Shown: one piece after another, positions 50,347 to 62,700 of the stretch
How positions within the stretch are numbered: the stretch's first letter is position 1
How the letters are laid out: the number at the start of each line of letters is the position of its first letter
From: Balanoglossus misakiensis
Lineage: Eukaryota > Animalia > Hemichordata
Assembly (NCBI GenBank): GCA_040954595.2
Contig: CM082595.2
Span: 3,705,943-3,769,942 of the forward strand
Length of the DNA stretch: 64,000 bases
Direction of reading: 5' to 3'
Notes under the pieces: generated by a model
Databases searched by the model: none
What the model saw: only the letters and a program-made list of their open reading frames with translations
Told to the model about the DNA's origin: nothing
Program-made: the position numbers and the translations under genes

Positions 50347-50844
50347 TCATTTTTTCTTCTTCAACTTCCCAAATAAGCCTTTTGAATTTTTCTTCTCTTT
50401 CTTGCTGTCGCTTTTCCTCCTGGTTCCCTGCACGGGGGTTAAATTGGGATCAGTAGCCTCTGGTTCATCTTCCCTATCATCTGCAACTGATGAAGAAAGA
50501 CACACAGATCAATGTTTATAAGTTGTGTGATTTTCTTTGATCCAATATTTCACAGAAAAATACAAAAATTTTCCCTTGAAGTGATACACTCATCCACCAT
50601 ATATGTAGAAACATTTTTCTCACAAGCTTTCACTGCGTATAACTATGGGTATTTCCAATACAGGGACTTACCAGGTGGTGGTGGCAAGGTTTCATTCAGG
50701 GGTGTCTTCTTCAATAACGTGATTCCCTCAACATCCTCCGGGGGCTGGTAGGCGGGTACGTTGCCCGTGTTGGGGTCCGGCCGGTAGGTGGGGTCCAGCG
50801 TGGCGGCGATGTCTATGGTCTGACCGGCGCTGGGCGGGGTGAAG

Positions 50845-50876
<32 letters not shown>

Positions 50877-53800
50877 CATGGAGCTGCGATGGCTGCTGCC
50901 CTGTTGTGGCGGCGGGGAGTGGTGATTGTTGTGTGTGCCTGATGACGGCGGTGGCTGTGACCCCGCGGGCAATGAGTGATGGCGTTTGTCGCGGGCCGTC
51001 TCCTCCTGGGAAGATGGGAGAGAAGAAGGATGATGAGAGTGGTGAGCAGAGTGACGTGAGCGGCGGTCGTCTCCGTCGCCGTGACGACGAGATGCCCGAG
51101 AGATACCCTGATCACCCGAAGTTTTAGAAGAGTGTGCATGTGGTGTGGTGGTGGATGAGTGTGTGCTGTCACGGAAACCAGCCAGTTGTTGCTGGTCGCC
51201 GTGGCGATGGTCGCGTCGGTGGTGATGTCTGTGAGTGTCACCCTGCTTGTTGGGATACCTGTCCTGTGAAGATGGAGAAAAGTGCAAAGCGGTAAGAGAC
51301 CTAGACGAGGACATGCCGGTGGAAACATCCTGACAAGAACCCGCAACCATGGCACCGTGGTGTTGGTTTCTACTTTGAGGCTGTGATTTGGAATGAAAGG
51401 AAGTGTTAGCAGTGTGAGTGACATGGCCCTCCCTGACATTCCGAGTTTGACTTAGCTTATTTGACCTCTGACCCATCTCTTGTGACCTTTCAACTGCCCC
51501 GCCCCGGCCCTCCTTACTCACTGGACTAGTCGGTTCCCGGTTCCCATGGATCGCGTTTCGGATTATTCTGCTGTCGCTAGCGAGCCTTTTCCTGAACCCC
51601 AGATAACTGCTGCTTTCAAGCGAGTCGGCCACAGTGTCCCAGGTCACCTTCGGTGGGTAGGCCACAGACATGGGCCTCCTCGGGTCCCTCCGAGCACCGA
51701 CAGCCACCCCGCGATCCGCGTGCCTCAGAATACCAGCGTTCACCTTTCCGTCCTTCACGGGGGTTGTCCCTGGTGATTCCGCCCCCTCCCTTCGCACCCA
51801 CGGATCTGCGTACTGCGGCGATCCGCAGTGATAGCTGCTGTGTCTCCACTGCTGGTTCCTGGCAATGGGCCTCGGCCGCAGTCTGACCGCGTCCGGAGCC
51901 TGGTTGACCGAGGTCGCACTCCTGTGGCCCTTTCCTCCCAGCTGCTCCAGCATCAGACCCTCGTTCTCAATGACCGGTGCCAGTTTGGCCAGATTGCTCA
52001 TGGACCTACACTTACTATCTGCGGACTGAACAGAGCGCCCTGTCTTCGAGTCTTTCCCTTGATGCAATGCCTCTTCTCCCTGAGTGGAGGCACCCACCTT
52101 GTTCTCACCCTTGGCAGACTCAGACTGTTTACTTTGTCCAGCGAATGTAACTGCAGTCCTAGCTTTGGATGACTTCAAATCAGAGTCTTTATCCCCTCTG
52201 AGATTCCCAATACTTGAACTCGAGCTCATACTTGCTGCAGATGATTTACCTTCCACAGAAATTACTGACAGCCTGACCCCGACTGACTGCGACCGCCCGC
52301 GAAACCCAGGACTTGCAGCATGTTCCACTGGCACGCCTCTCATCCCCTTTGCATTATCATGTCTTGAAGATACATTATCGTGTTTTGACGAACAATCCAC
52401 AATCTTGCAGTCCTTGCTTGGTTCGTTATCACCTGAGTTATCCAGGCACCTTCCCTCCTTGTTAAACTGACCGTCATGTTTCGTTGAGTAGTCCGGACTG
52501 TGGAGGTCCTTGTTGAGTTGAACAGAGAATGGATCGAGAGTGGCGGCATCCTCTGGTAACTTGTCCAGGCTGTGTTTCCTGTGATTCACATGCCCGCTAT
52601 TACTAGTCTGTGGAGTCATTTTACTGGTGTCACCGTCCTTTTGTTGGAAGTCAGAAATCTTGCTCTCTGGTTTTTCTGTAAATGTCGTTTTGTCCTTTGT
52701 ATGTAAATTGTCCTCATTAAGCATATTATGCTCTTTCTCCTTGACTCTGGAGTTGAACATTTGATCCTTGCAGACAGTACTTTCCTGGGCATCACAGATG
52801 TCCTGTGAAGCAGAGACTGAATTTGACTGTACTTCAACAGATTCACTTTGCTCAGTCCCTGTCTCTTGGCTTGGCTGCCCAGTATCCAGAGGCAAGACAC
52901 TAGTCCTGTGTTCAACAGAAGCTGAACTGTGTTCTATAATCTGTTCAGATTCAGGTGATGATGAACTGCATTGTACAATCTGTTTTCCAGCATTTTCTGA
53001 ATCAAGTTTGGATCCATTTTTCTCTGAAATCAAGTTCAATTCTGTATCACTATAATCCACTTTGTCTGTTTCCTTTGCAATATTACTGTCTGCGTCTCCT
53101 GTTGCCTGTACACATTCCAAATTCTTCTCGACAGAAATCTCTGCATCTGAATCCAAAACAACATGGTTTTCAGCCTCAGTGTCTGGTGCCTTCTGCAGAA
53201 AATGTTCCTGAGTAAGCATGATGCAATTTGGAGCCCACGGCGCGTTCTGTGTCACACTTGCCCTTGTGTATGTGGGCAAGCCAAACTCTTCCGAGTCACT
53301 GGTCTCACAGCTTGCACAATCAGACAGTTCAACGTGATCATCACCTCCTACAACTACATCCTCATCTGAACTAGAAAATTCATGATCAAGGTCCTGTGTT
53401 TGGTCGTTTATTGCATTGTCTGTGCATGATTCATGTTCTGGGCCTCCTGTATTATCAACTTCACCTTTGACCTCTGATTGGCAAATGCCTGATGTAGTCT
53501 TTTCAGAGTTTTTACAGGAACCAAAGGAACTCACATTCTCTGAGTTTTGATCCACTGCAGAACTAATGCATGAAACACCACTGTCAAACGACAATTGTCT
53601 TCTCCTTGACTTCACAAATATTTTGGAATCATCTGTTTTATTTTGTTGAGTTGTGCAGTGGTTTTTGTTCTCCAGAGTCCTTTCACAGTCTGAGCTTTCT
53701 TCAGAGCTCGACGCATTCATGTGCGACCGTTCTCTTGAAATCGTTCCCTCTTCATCTGCGGACTCTTCGTCCAAGTTCAGTATTGCACGCTGAATTGAAT

Positions 53801-56800
53801 CCGATTGACAGCTAGAAACAGAACCGTCCTCTGGAAACGAGAAATGGTCACTCAGGACCGAGTTCTGGTCGATAGACTCGCTACAAGATGACGACGGCAA
53901 ATCATCAGAACTTTCTCTGAGAGGAGAGTAAATAATATCCTGATTTTCATCGTTACTCTCTTGTATTTGTAAAGAAGGCACCAGCTGATGACAGGGAACA
54001 ATATCCCTTGAAATATTTTGTTCTTCTACAAAACTGTCCACATCAGTGTTTGATATTTCTTGACTACGAGCTGTACTCTGGGGGAGATCTGCAGTGCAGT
54101 TGTCAACTTTATGTCCTGGAGACTGTTCATCTGTTTCGCTGACATCTGGTACAGTTGGAGTTGACGAAGAATCAGCCTGGGCCAATCGGCTCGTTTGACA
54201 CAACACCACACCGCAGCCAGTGTCAGATTTCTTAGCCCAAGGTTCAGACACACAAACCTCTGTCAATGAAATCCCTGTACTTGTCTCCGCAACTACCGAC
54301 TCTTGTAACCTGCACGTCTGTTCTGATTTTGTAACCCCTTTCTTATCTTTACTAGGTGACGGTTTCATCTGAAAATGACTTTGACTATGCACAACAACAG
54401 AAGTTTCTGAGGGATTTCTCAAGTTCTGACTCGATGAATATTTCCTTGTTGGCTTCATCACTCTTTTCAGTTTCTCAGTAAAACTGGACGTCCTTTTGAA
54501 CACATATTGCTCTTCTTCGCAGATCCAGAATTCACCGTACGATTTTTTCGGCAGTTTTGTTTTGGGCGAATCTGACACGGATATGTTCGTTTGTGGACTG
54601 AAACCACTAGTGATAGACTGTTCTACTCTTTCTTCTAAAGTGGATTTTGTTGGGGTTATCATTGTTATTTTCTGTTCACTTCTACAGTTCCAAATTCTGT
54701 CTCTGCTGCCTGAATCTGAATCCGATATCTTACCAGACTCAGACGACTCAGATAATCTGTCTTTGTCATTTGAATTTACACTGTTCTTTGAATTTTTGTG
54801 AGCTGTGTCAGAGCTCAGACAGCTACTTGAATCTGTTCGACTAGTCCTTGTGATCTCTGAACTGACATCGCTAGCAGGGATCAAAGTACATTCAGCATTT
54901 GTTACGTCATTCAAACTCGACTGCTCAGACTTGCAGCAGGTGCTTAGCGAAGTGCTGCTTGCGGTGTCGCTTGTCATGTGATCATTATCTAGCGGCTGAT
55001 TGGCTATCAGATCGGGGTCAGAGTGCGTTTGATCTGGCAGCAGCGTGAGGGCGCAGTAGGTGTCTTTAGCTGGCGAGTCTTGCAAGTGGCCAGTGAAATC
55101 TTGCTGGGTTAGAATGAGATAGGTTTGAGTCGGAGGAGTAGGAGGAGTATATGCGGGTCGGGGACAGAAGCTACTGCTTAGAGTGTACTCATAGGGCTCA
55201 GCCATGTTACAGGATTGTGTGATGATATTGGTGGGTTTCCAAGGTGTTTTAGATTGCCTTTTTGTCTGCAAAGTCAAGAGGAGAGACCAAAAAACGAGAG
55301 TCAAAGAACAGGGAGGATCAGATACACAGTGAAACCTGTCCCAACTGGTTTAGGCTGGTTTGACTGTATGTCCTTTTCTAGAATTTCAATGAAAGTCCAA
55401 CTCGACAACGAACAAGTGTTTTTGGTGAATTATTCTGACAAAGCAAGGTCAGCCATGCATATTAAATAAAAAAACATTCTTTGTAGTACATATAATCCCA
55501 AGTTGTGCAGGGAGTTTGCCCATGGCTTTAGGACAATCCCATCATTCCTTGGGGCAGATCGTTCCATTTCTCCCTGAGGTAGAGGGGTGAGAGAGAGAAC
55601 AGAGTGACAGAGAAAGAGGTGCAGTTTTTAGTAGCATGCATGAAAGAAGAATCTGTAACAGTTACATTGCAGTAAAGTTTGCATCAAATATAGAAGTAAT
55701 GATTGCAAAAGAAGACTGAAGAAATGACAATTACTATGTCAGAACAAACATTGATAATGATGGTTTTATCATTCACACTCTTTATGGTCCATTCACAAGA
55801 AACTTAGTCATATATGAAGGCAACATTAATTTCACTCAGTGAACATTTTACAGTCATGTACAGGCTGATATACAGTGCTTATTAATTAAATGACATCCCT
55901 TTCACCCCAGTTCCCTCTTTAGAGGTCCAACTGTAACATAGAAAACAATGGCTTTGGACCAAACCATGGTGGTGAAAGGGTTAGTTGACTATATAAACAG
56001 AGTATGTTTCTGTGGTTGGTATTTATCAATCCTAATATGCATTCGATATCATATTTGAAGACCCCATCCCTGTACACCCCACTTCTCTTGATTATAGAGC
56101 TAGTGCTAAACATTCCACCTTTAACCCTTTCACCCCCATTTCCCTGTACAGCGGTCCAATCTTACCATACAAAACAATGGATGTAGGCCAAACCATAGAA
56201 GTGAAAGGGTTAAAAGGGGAATTCAGGTGTGCATTCACAATTTCACACTTCCCCAATAATGACACCATTTTATCCCTTTGTATTGTGCATTCTATTGAAA
56301 TCATATCCCAGGCCACCTGTCACCAGAACACAAGAAAACACCCATGCAGTCCACTGTCCAGCAATGCCAAATATCAAGACATGACAAGGCTAACCCATAT
56401 ACTCACAGAGTGTTTGTAACTTGTCAAGGTGATTCCTTCTCCGTATTTGATCTTTGCCGGAACTGATTGCTGCCGCGGAAAGTCCTCTCTCAGTGGAACC
56501 ATTGGCTGTGGTGCAAGGAGACGGAAAAAGATCGGAATTAGTTGAATCTGTAAATGGCATCTTCCAAGAGTGTGGACAGGACAATGAACACCATTTTCTC
56601 TTCAACTTCACAAAGACTCGTCACACACATAAAATACTCACATCCAAATCTGCTATTTCCGCCGACACTTTCTTCTGATGTCTCTTATACTGGTGTCTCT
56701 TGGCCATCAGTTCTTCTTCTTGCTGCATCTTTCTGGCGATTTCCGCGTCGTGAGCTGTCAGTTCGGAAATGTCCTTGTGACGCTGTTTACCCTTGCGTTT

Positions 56801-59737
56801 TCTCTCTTGTTCAACAAGTAACTTGGCAAATTCCTGTTGGCAATTGAAAGAATTCGCAACATTTATTTCCATGTTTGTTTTCACACACACACCTTCTTCC
56901 AGTCCTGGAATCGACTGGAAGAAAATTCCTGGATTTCTGATAATTTCTGATAACATACGAGCCTTCATAAACTTATTATAATACACCCCTTGCAATTCTA
57001 GCCCACTGCATACTGGATATGCGGTACTTCAGCAATAGGTATAGCATCCCAATGTGGACGTAACCCAGAAATGATTATTACAATTTGAATTTCTCAGATA
57101 GGCGCGCATCACAGCAGTTTTCTTCTCTGTGATGTGCAGTTGTTGACAAACAAAACTTAACAGAGCGTGGCATTTCAAATGCTGCACTTCCAGTGCGCAA
57201 CGAACATAGCTCGTCTGCGACATTTTCCATGGGTGTCACTAAGGGACGTTTTCTAGGAGACAAGCCATCAGAAACAAACATTTAAGGGTTCACACACCTC
57301 ATCATCATGTAACTGTCTGAGTTGCCTGGTCTCTTCATCCTCAATCTCGTCCTCCCCTTCCTTGCCTTCGTACCTGGGAAGTTCGTCGGAAAGTCGTTTG
57401 TCGGCGTTGTTCTGAATGAAGTCTTCGTCGTAGCCTTCCGGTGGTAGCTGATCTGGTGGGTAGTCGCCCTGGCTTTTGGTTTTGTCTATTCGCATCGCGG
57501 CTACAGCGTTCGTCAGTTCGTCGTCGTCATCGAAACCGTCTCCTTTTGCTGCTGAAATTTCAAGGAGTAGAACACCTGCAGGGTTACTTCATCATTTTAA
57601 AGGCAAAAGAACATTTGATCTGTAGTATATCCCAAGAGATCAAATGGCAGCCCATATAAGCCTGGTTGTAGCCCATGTAAGCCAAGCAGCAGATGTCTGT
57701 ATTGGTCGATTACATGAATCTAGACATTACATTGTACATACCTTTCATTTCGTACTTTGTTATTGCATGGTCATGTTCAGCCATGATTTTCTCCAACTGT
57801 GCTCTCTCCCGTCTCAGCTCTCGTTCTCTCTTCTTCAGCTGGTGTCTCTCGAACTTCCTCTGTTCCTTCTCCTGTAAATGTCTTGCATATGCCTGTCATG
57901 ATGTAAAGTTACAATAGGCCAATTGAAGGATGTTTCAATAGCGTTACGTAGATGGGTAGATGGGTTCTGAGCGTGTCCCAACTCACATGATCTGAGCAGA
58001 TCTGAGCACACAACACACATATGCACACACATACACAAATGAGTACACACAACACACACACACAAACATGTATGCATAAAAACATTCAGAACAATGTTCC
58101 ATTGCTCAATTGCAAAATTTCTCCACTTACAGCGTCAGCATCTTCCTGACTCTTCTGTCTCTCGTACACTGATCTTTCTTCTGCTAACAACTGTTGGTAA
58201 AGTTCTTCAGCTGCTTTTCTGTCCATCTCCTCTCTGTAGAAAAAAAAGACAGGTCCTCAGTGGTTTAACCTGCCCACCACCATGGTTTGATCCAATTCCA
58301 TTGTTTTCTATGGTGAACTTGGACCTCTTCACAGGGAACGGGGGTAAAACGGTTAATCACATTTCTGTATCAGACTACAAATGCCCGACATTGACGATTT
58401 GTTTTGTAGAGTGCCCTCACTGGCAAGATAAGGAAGTATTTTGAGCACACATAGAAGAAAACGCATAGCACATTTGTCTATTTGACATATTGATCTCATG
58501 ATAAAATTCAGATAAGATTTGAGCTTTAATACAGAAAAAGGAATAATTGATTTCAACAGTGTTTTATAGAATTTTGTCAAAGTATTATTCGCAGAGTGGA
58601 TATCTGAAATCATTGATTTTAACACTGACGTTTCAATTTAGTAGTTCACACTTATAAAGCGAGTATATGAAGATATATCATTAATCATAGAATCACATTG
58701 ACAGGACTATTATTAATACAACAAAAAGAGAGTGAAATGGTGAATTCTGAACAGACCTATTCAGACACTGAAATGGGCTTTGTTCACAGCGTGCAATCTC
58801 TAATGTGCTTGCAAATTACTGGTGATTTCAAGTTTTATGACAGACCCCCAAATGAGCAATACCGTGAACGTTTTGGATGTTTACGAGAGCTAACCTGGCT
58901 AAGGAATAAATTTTACTGTTGTTTAACTGCTCAGTCGAGACAGTGAATATATTATAACACTGGCATGATTAATTGTGTGCAGAATGGCCTGTGTATACTG
59001 TAAAACATTTATTTTTCGCGAGTCAAAATTTTCGCGATATCGAGAGAGGCCACTATTAATTTTCACGTTCTCTTATTTCAGTCACTGCATCGTTATCTTC
59101 AAAAACAATTTACGTGACTTTTTATTTTCACGCTATTTTGGCTCTCACGTATTTCGCGAAAATTTATTGCTCGCGAAAATAAAGTGTTTTACAGTACTTA
59201 GCAAAAACTCTTGATTCTAGCAATCTCATTCAAGATGAATTCTTTGAATTCTTACATTTCAGCTTGGCGTCTTGCTTGTTCTTTCTCTTCTTCGAATGCT
59301 TCCAGAACTTCATCACCGGCCACTGTCTTGGCGGTGACGATGTCTTTACGGACCGTTTGTCGCCTCTGAACATTTCCAGAATAGTGCTGACCAACTATAC
59401 ATTGTAGAGGAAATCAAATAAAGTAAACATACACATTCAATGTACACATGACTGTCCAATTTCGCCACAGATGGCGCTGATCATAAACAAAGTCACACTT
59501 TAAACGTACATGAAATCTCAGTGAAATGGGCCACAATTTTCAGGTAATTACATCAAATGTATAAATCATTCTTTATATTTATAAATGTCAACATATAACT
59601 AAAAGACTCCCAAGAAAACATTTGGGAAGGAAAAGAGTACTTTTGAACGTCAAAAAGCAAGGAAATTGACTTACTTTCTTCCTCCTGTAGCTTGTGAGCT
59701 AGTGCACCGTCTTCGTGAACACTCCATTCTTTTCGAA
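50347..59737 (-). CDS. CCDC50: Coiled-coil domain-containing protein 50 (Ymer), MIU ubiquitin-binding adaptor; 5' partial
   Basis: Exons 59737-59675, 59394-59256, 58233-58131, 57892-57742, 57551-57298, 56833-56642, 55265 (or 51263)-50672 and 50486-50347. N-terminal VRKEWSVHEDGALAHKLQEEEIGQHYSGNVQRRQTVRKD matches the recalled CCDC50_N domain. MIU-like DAEIARKMQQEE. First coding exon not located. Confidence 0.82.
55897..55984 (-). mobile_element. TTAA-MITE family copy
   Basis: ccctttcacc...ggtgaaagggttag with the family core in reverse orientation. Confidence 0.75.
56121..56213 (-). mobile_element. Full-length TTAA-MITE copy (93 bp including both TTAA)
   Basis: Perfect terminal inverted repeat ttaaccctttcac / gtgaaagggttaa; CCC...GGG termini inside TTAA, as in piggyBac-type elements. 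Confidence 0.85.
58265..58356 (+). mobile_element. TTAA-MITE family copy, opposite orientation
   Basis: ttaacc...ggttaa with core ccatggtttgatccaattccattgttttctatggtgaacttggacc. Confidence 0.75.
58996..59196. mobile_element. ~200-bp TA-flanked MITE (Tc1/mariner-type)
   Basis: TIRs ta-ctgtaaaacatttatttttcgcgag ... ctcgcgaaaataaagtgttttacag-ta, with internal ttcgcga repeats. Confidence 0.85.
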
Positions 59738-62700
59738 CTGTGAATTAAAAATAAATAAATATATAAATAAAGTACTGGTTATAAGCATTTCAATATATGA
59801 AATGTCAAAGTGTGACAGTGAATGTGTTTGGATGTTGCTCATCTGAAGTATGTCAGAGGTTTACTTAGTGTCTAGATATTGGGGGCAAAGGTCAGGACGT
59901 GGTTGTCTTGTTCAGCGAGAATTGGGGATAACTGACAGACGCTGCAATCTCTGAATGCGCAGTTTGATGAGATTTGTCTGCAGGGACGGTTCAACAACAT
60001 CAAGCCGAGGGTTTCACTGCTTACAGGCACTGCTATCGGGTGTAACCTCTGTCGACCCCTCTCACCGTCAAAACGTGGTACAATCCTGCTGTCGTCGATG
60101 CTGCGGTTGGACTTACTCGAGGCAAATGGGGGTGAATGACAGGGGGCGATGCAGACTTAGACGTAACGCGTCTGTTGAAAAGCCCAGCCGTGTCACGCTG
60201 AGAGATTCACTGCTTGCAGGCAATGCACTCTGATCTGACCTATATCCCACCCCCTGTCACTATCATAATTTGGTACGATCCTGTTGTTTTTAATGGCTCG
60301 GTTGGAACCATGTGAAGGGAAACTGGGATGACTAGGTTAATGAGCACACAGCGTACAACATGTCGATTCAGTCTGGTTGCACTGTGACCTTATCTTACCA
60401 ACTGGCAGTGAGAAATATGCGTAGCTGAGACAAGCCTTTTCTAACCTGTGCCAACTGCCATGCATGTTATAATCATCCAAGGCCCTTAACACAGTATCGA
60501 GGGGCTACATTATGGAAGTAGCCTACCGACTACTCTACAAAGCCAATGAACACCTCAACAAACAAAACAGCACAAGAACTGAGCAACGAAAAGCCAGTGG
60601 ATATTGAAATGACATACCACAGTATTACACAACAACATTTAATACAACTTCATCCCGATAATACCTGATGTCTTAATAGAGCTCTGGGGGAATTCAGACA
60701 GTCTGGAAATACCTGGCTAGACAGAAGACAAGATAAGCCAGTCAAGATTCAAAACCAGATAACCACAATCTATGTCTTTACTCTGCGCAGTCAAACCACA
60801 TATCTTCTAAAACCAAGTGTTTGCAATATTTCCCTGCCGGCTGACATAACCCAGGTTAATTCACATTGACAGCTTTACACACCTAATACCTTTACACCAC
60901 ACTGGATTTTCTACAGGATTGCACATTAAGATTTTATTTGCAAATTCCCTTGATTTGTTGACTGAACCTTAAAATCAGAATATTGAGCATTCCACTAAAG
61001 GTTATACACGTAGAGTGATTTTGTTCTAGGCAGAGTTGATCCTGCAGTCATTTTATCCATGTTGTATCAATACAGTCTCATCAACAGGATAATCATTACT
61101 GGGGTTCCTGAAATCATTTCCCAATGTTCCAAACTTTTGCAAAGCAGACACCTTCAAGGGATGTGGACTTACAATGTGAGCCAGTGACCCAGTGAACTGT
61201 AACAAAAATGTTGGTTGATTCTTGAATTTGACAAATGGAGTTGAATTAAAAGAAACACAAGAGCACTTAGCCAAGTCGAGCGAGATAATGCCATACTCAT
61301 AGACTGGAGTGCCTGCATTGAAGACACCAGTGACCTTCTCTGCCATTATCAAATGCTAACTCGACCATGGTCAAAGTTTGGGAACATTATAGATGGATAT
61401 TTTTATGTAACAATTTTGGTTCCCCAAAGCAACTGCATGTATATGTTGTACTGGATCATTGAGTCTGTACCCACCAACCACCAATCACCAAATGCCAACT
61501 GATTTCAATCACCAATCAAATTGATCATAATTGTCAAAATACATTGTACATACAAGGAAATCTGACACGAGTGTTAATATCATTGCTTGAACTATAAACG
61601 GGTTCTATTAGGGCAGTGCATCTGTGTTGGTTCTTTACAGCCTGATGTGATACCACACCTGTCAAAATCATTGCCTTTTTATTGCAACAACTGGTTCCAA
61701 GCTGCCCGTGTCCATCATGCATATGCCAGCTTCTGAAATGATCATAATGATAATGTCACTTTCAGACTAATATAAATTCAGAAACAGCCTAAGCACCTGA
61801 AACCCACTATGCCTACTTTATCAACAAACGCTTGCTACAAAACAGAGACCCCATCCTGGTTTACAATGATATCATGTAGAGCTGAACTGAATATTAATTA
61901 ATCTGTTGTATTGCCAGACACAGTCTAATCATAGACAGTAGACTAATCAAAAGAATTCCCTAGAGACGAGTCCTTACAATACATACATGTACATATACCT
62001 ATTGTATGCAAATTACGCTAAATCGAGTCCCTGGAAATACCTGTACATGTAGGTTTCATGTACATGTACATTGTACCTTTAAACATACAGTTTAGACAAT
62101 GCTTCCTGTTGAGTCATCATCCGAATATTAACTCGACTACAGTCTAAATAATTTTCAGAGAGCATATACCTTGTAATTATGGACAATGACAACAATCTGA
62201 ACTTCGTAATCATCAGTAACACTTTCACTCAGTCACTTTTCGTCAATTTCAAAAATTAGCAATTTATTTTGACACGTTTGTTTGCCAACGTAAACATTTT
62301 TGTTAAGTGTGTGTACCCTCTCGCGAAAGTCATTTGTCATCATTGGTAAACAACAGTGTCACATTCGAACCGAAAGGCGTACCAGCTCTCGTGCAAATTA
62401 ATGATCGCGTAGTTCCGGCTCTTGACGTGTGTGTGTAAATGTCAGCTGTGCCTTCTTCAGTACACAAAGCAGTCACCTTGAAACTGATTGTTAATCAGCT
62501 GCAAGGGGAATTTTGTTTACTGTCAGTAGGTTACGGTTCAAAGCCAGCCAATACAGAGGTAGCTAACGTTTGAAACAGACAGTGGGTTGAACTTGAAACA
62601 AATTCGTACTCGATAAATTCACCTAGATTTGCTCAAAGACGCTGCTTGAATGACAATGAATGGAAAACAGGTCAATATTCTACTTTCTGCAGCACCCTAT

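Noticed and set aside
50813-51439. 208-aa overlapping ORF ending in poly-His
   Set aside because: Shifted frame of the Pro/Ser/His-rich CCDC50 exon; no independent start or splice support.
55490-56561. Possible extra CCDC50 exons (56561-56407 and 55573-55490)
   Set aside because: Phase mismatch or weak donor; not needed for frame continuity and unsupported without cDNA.
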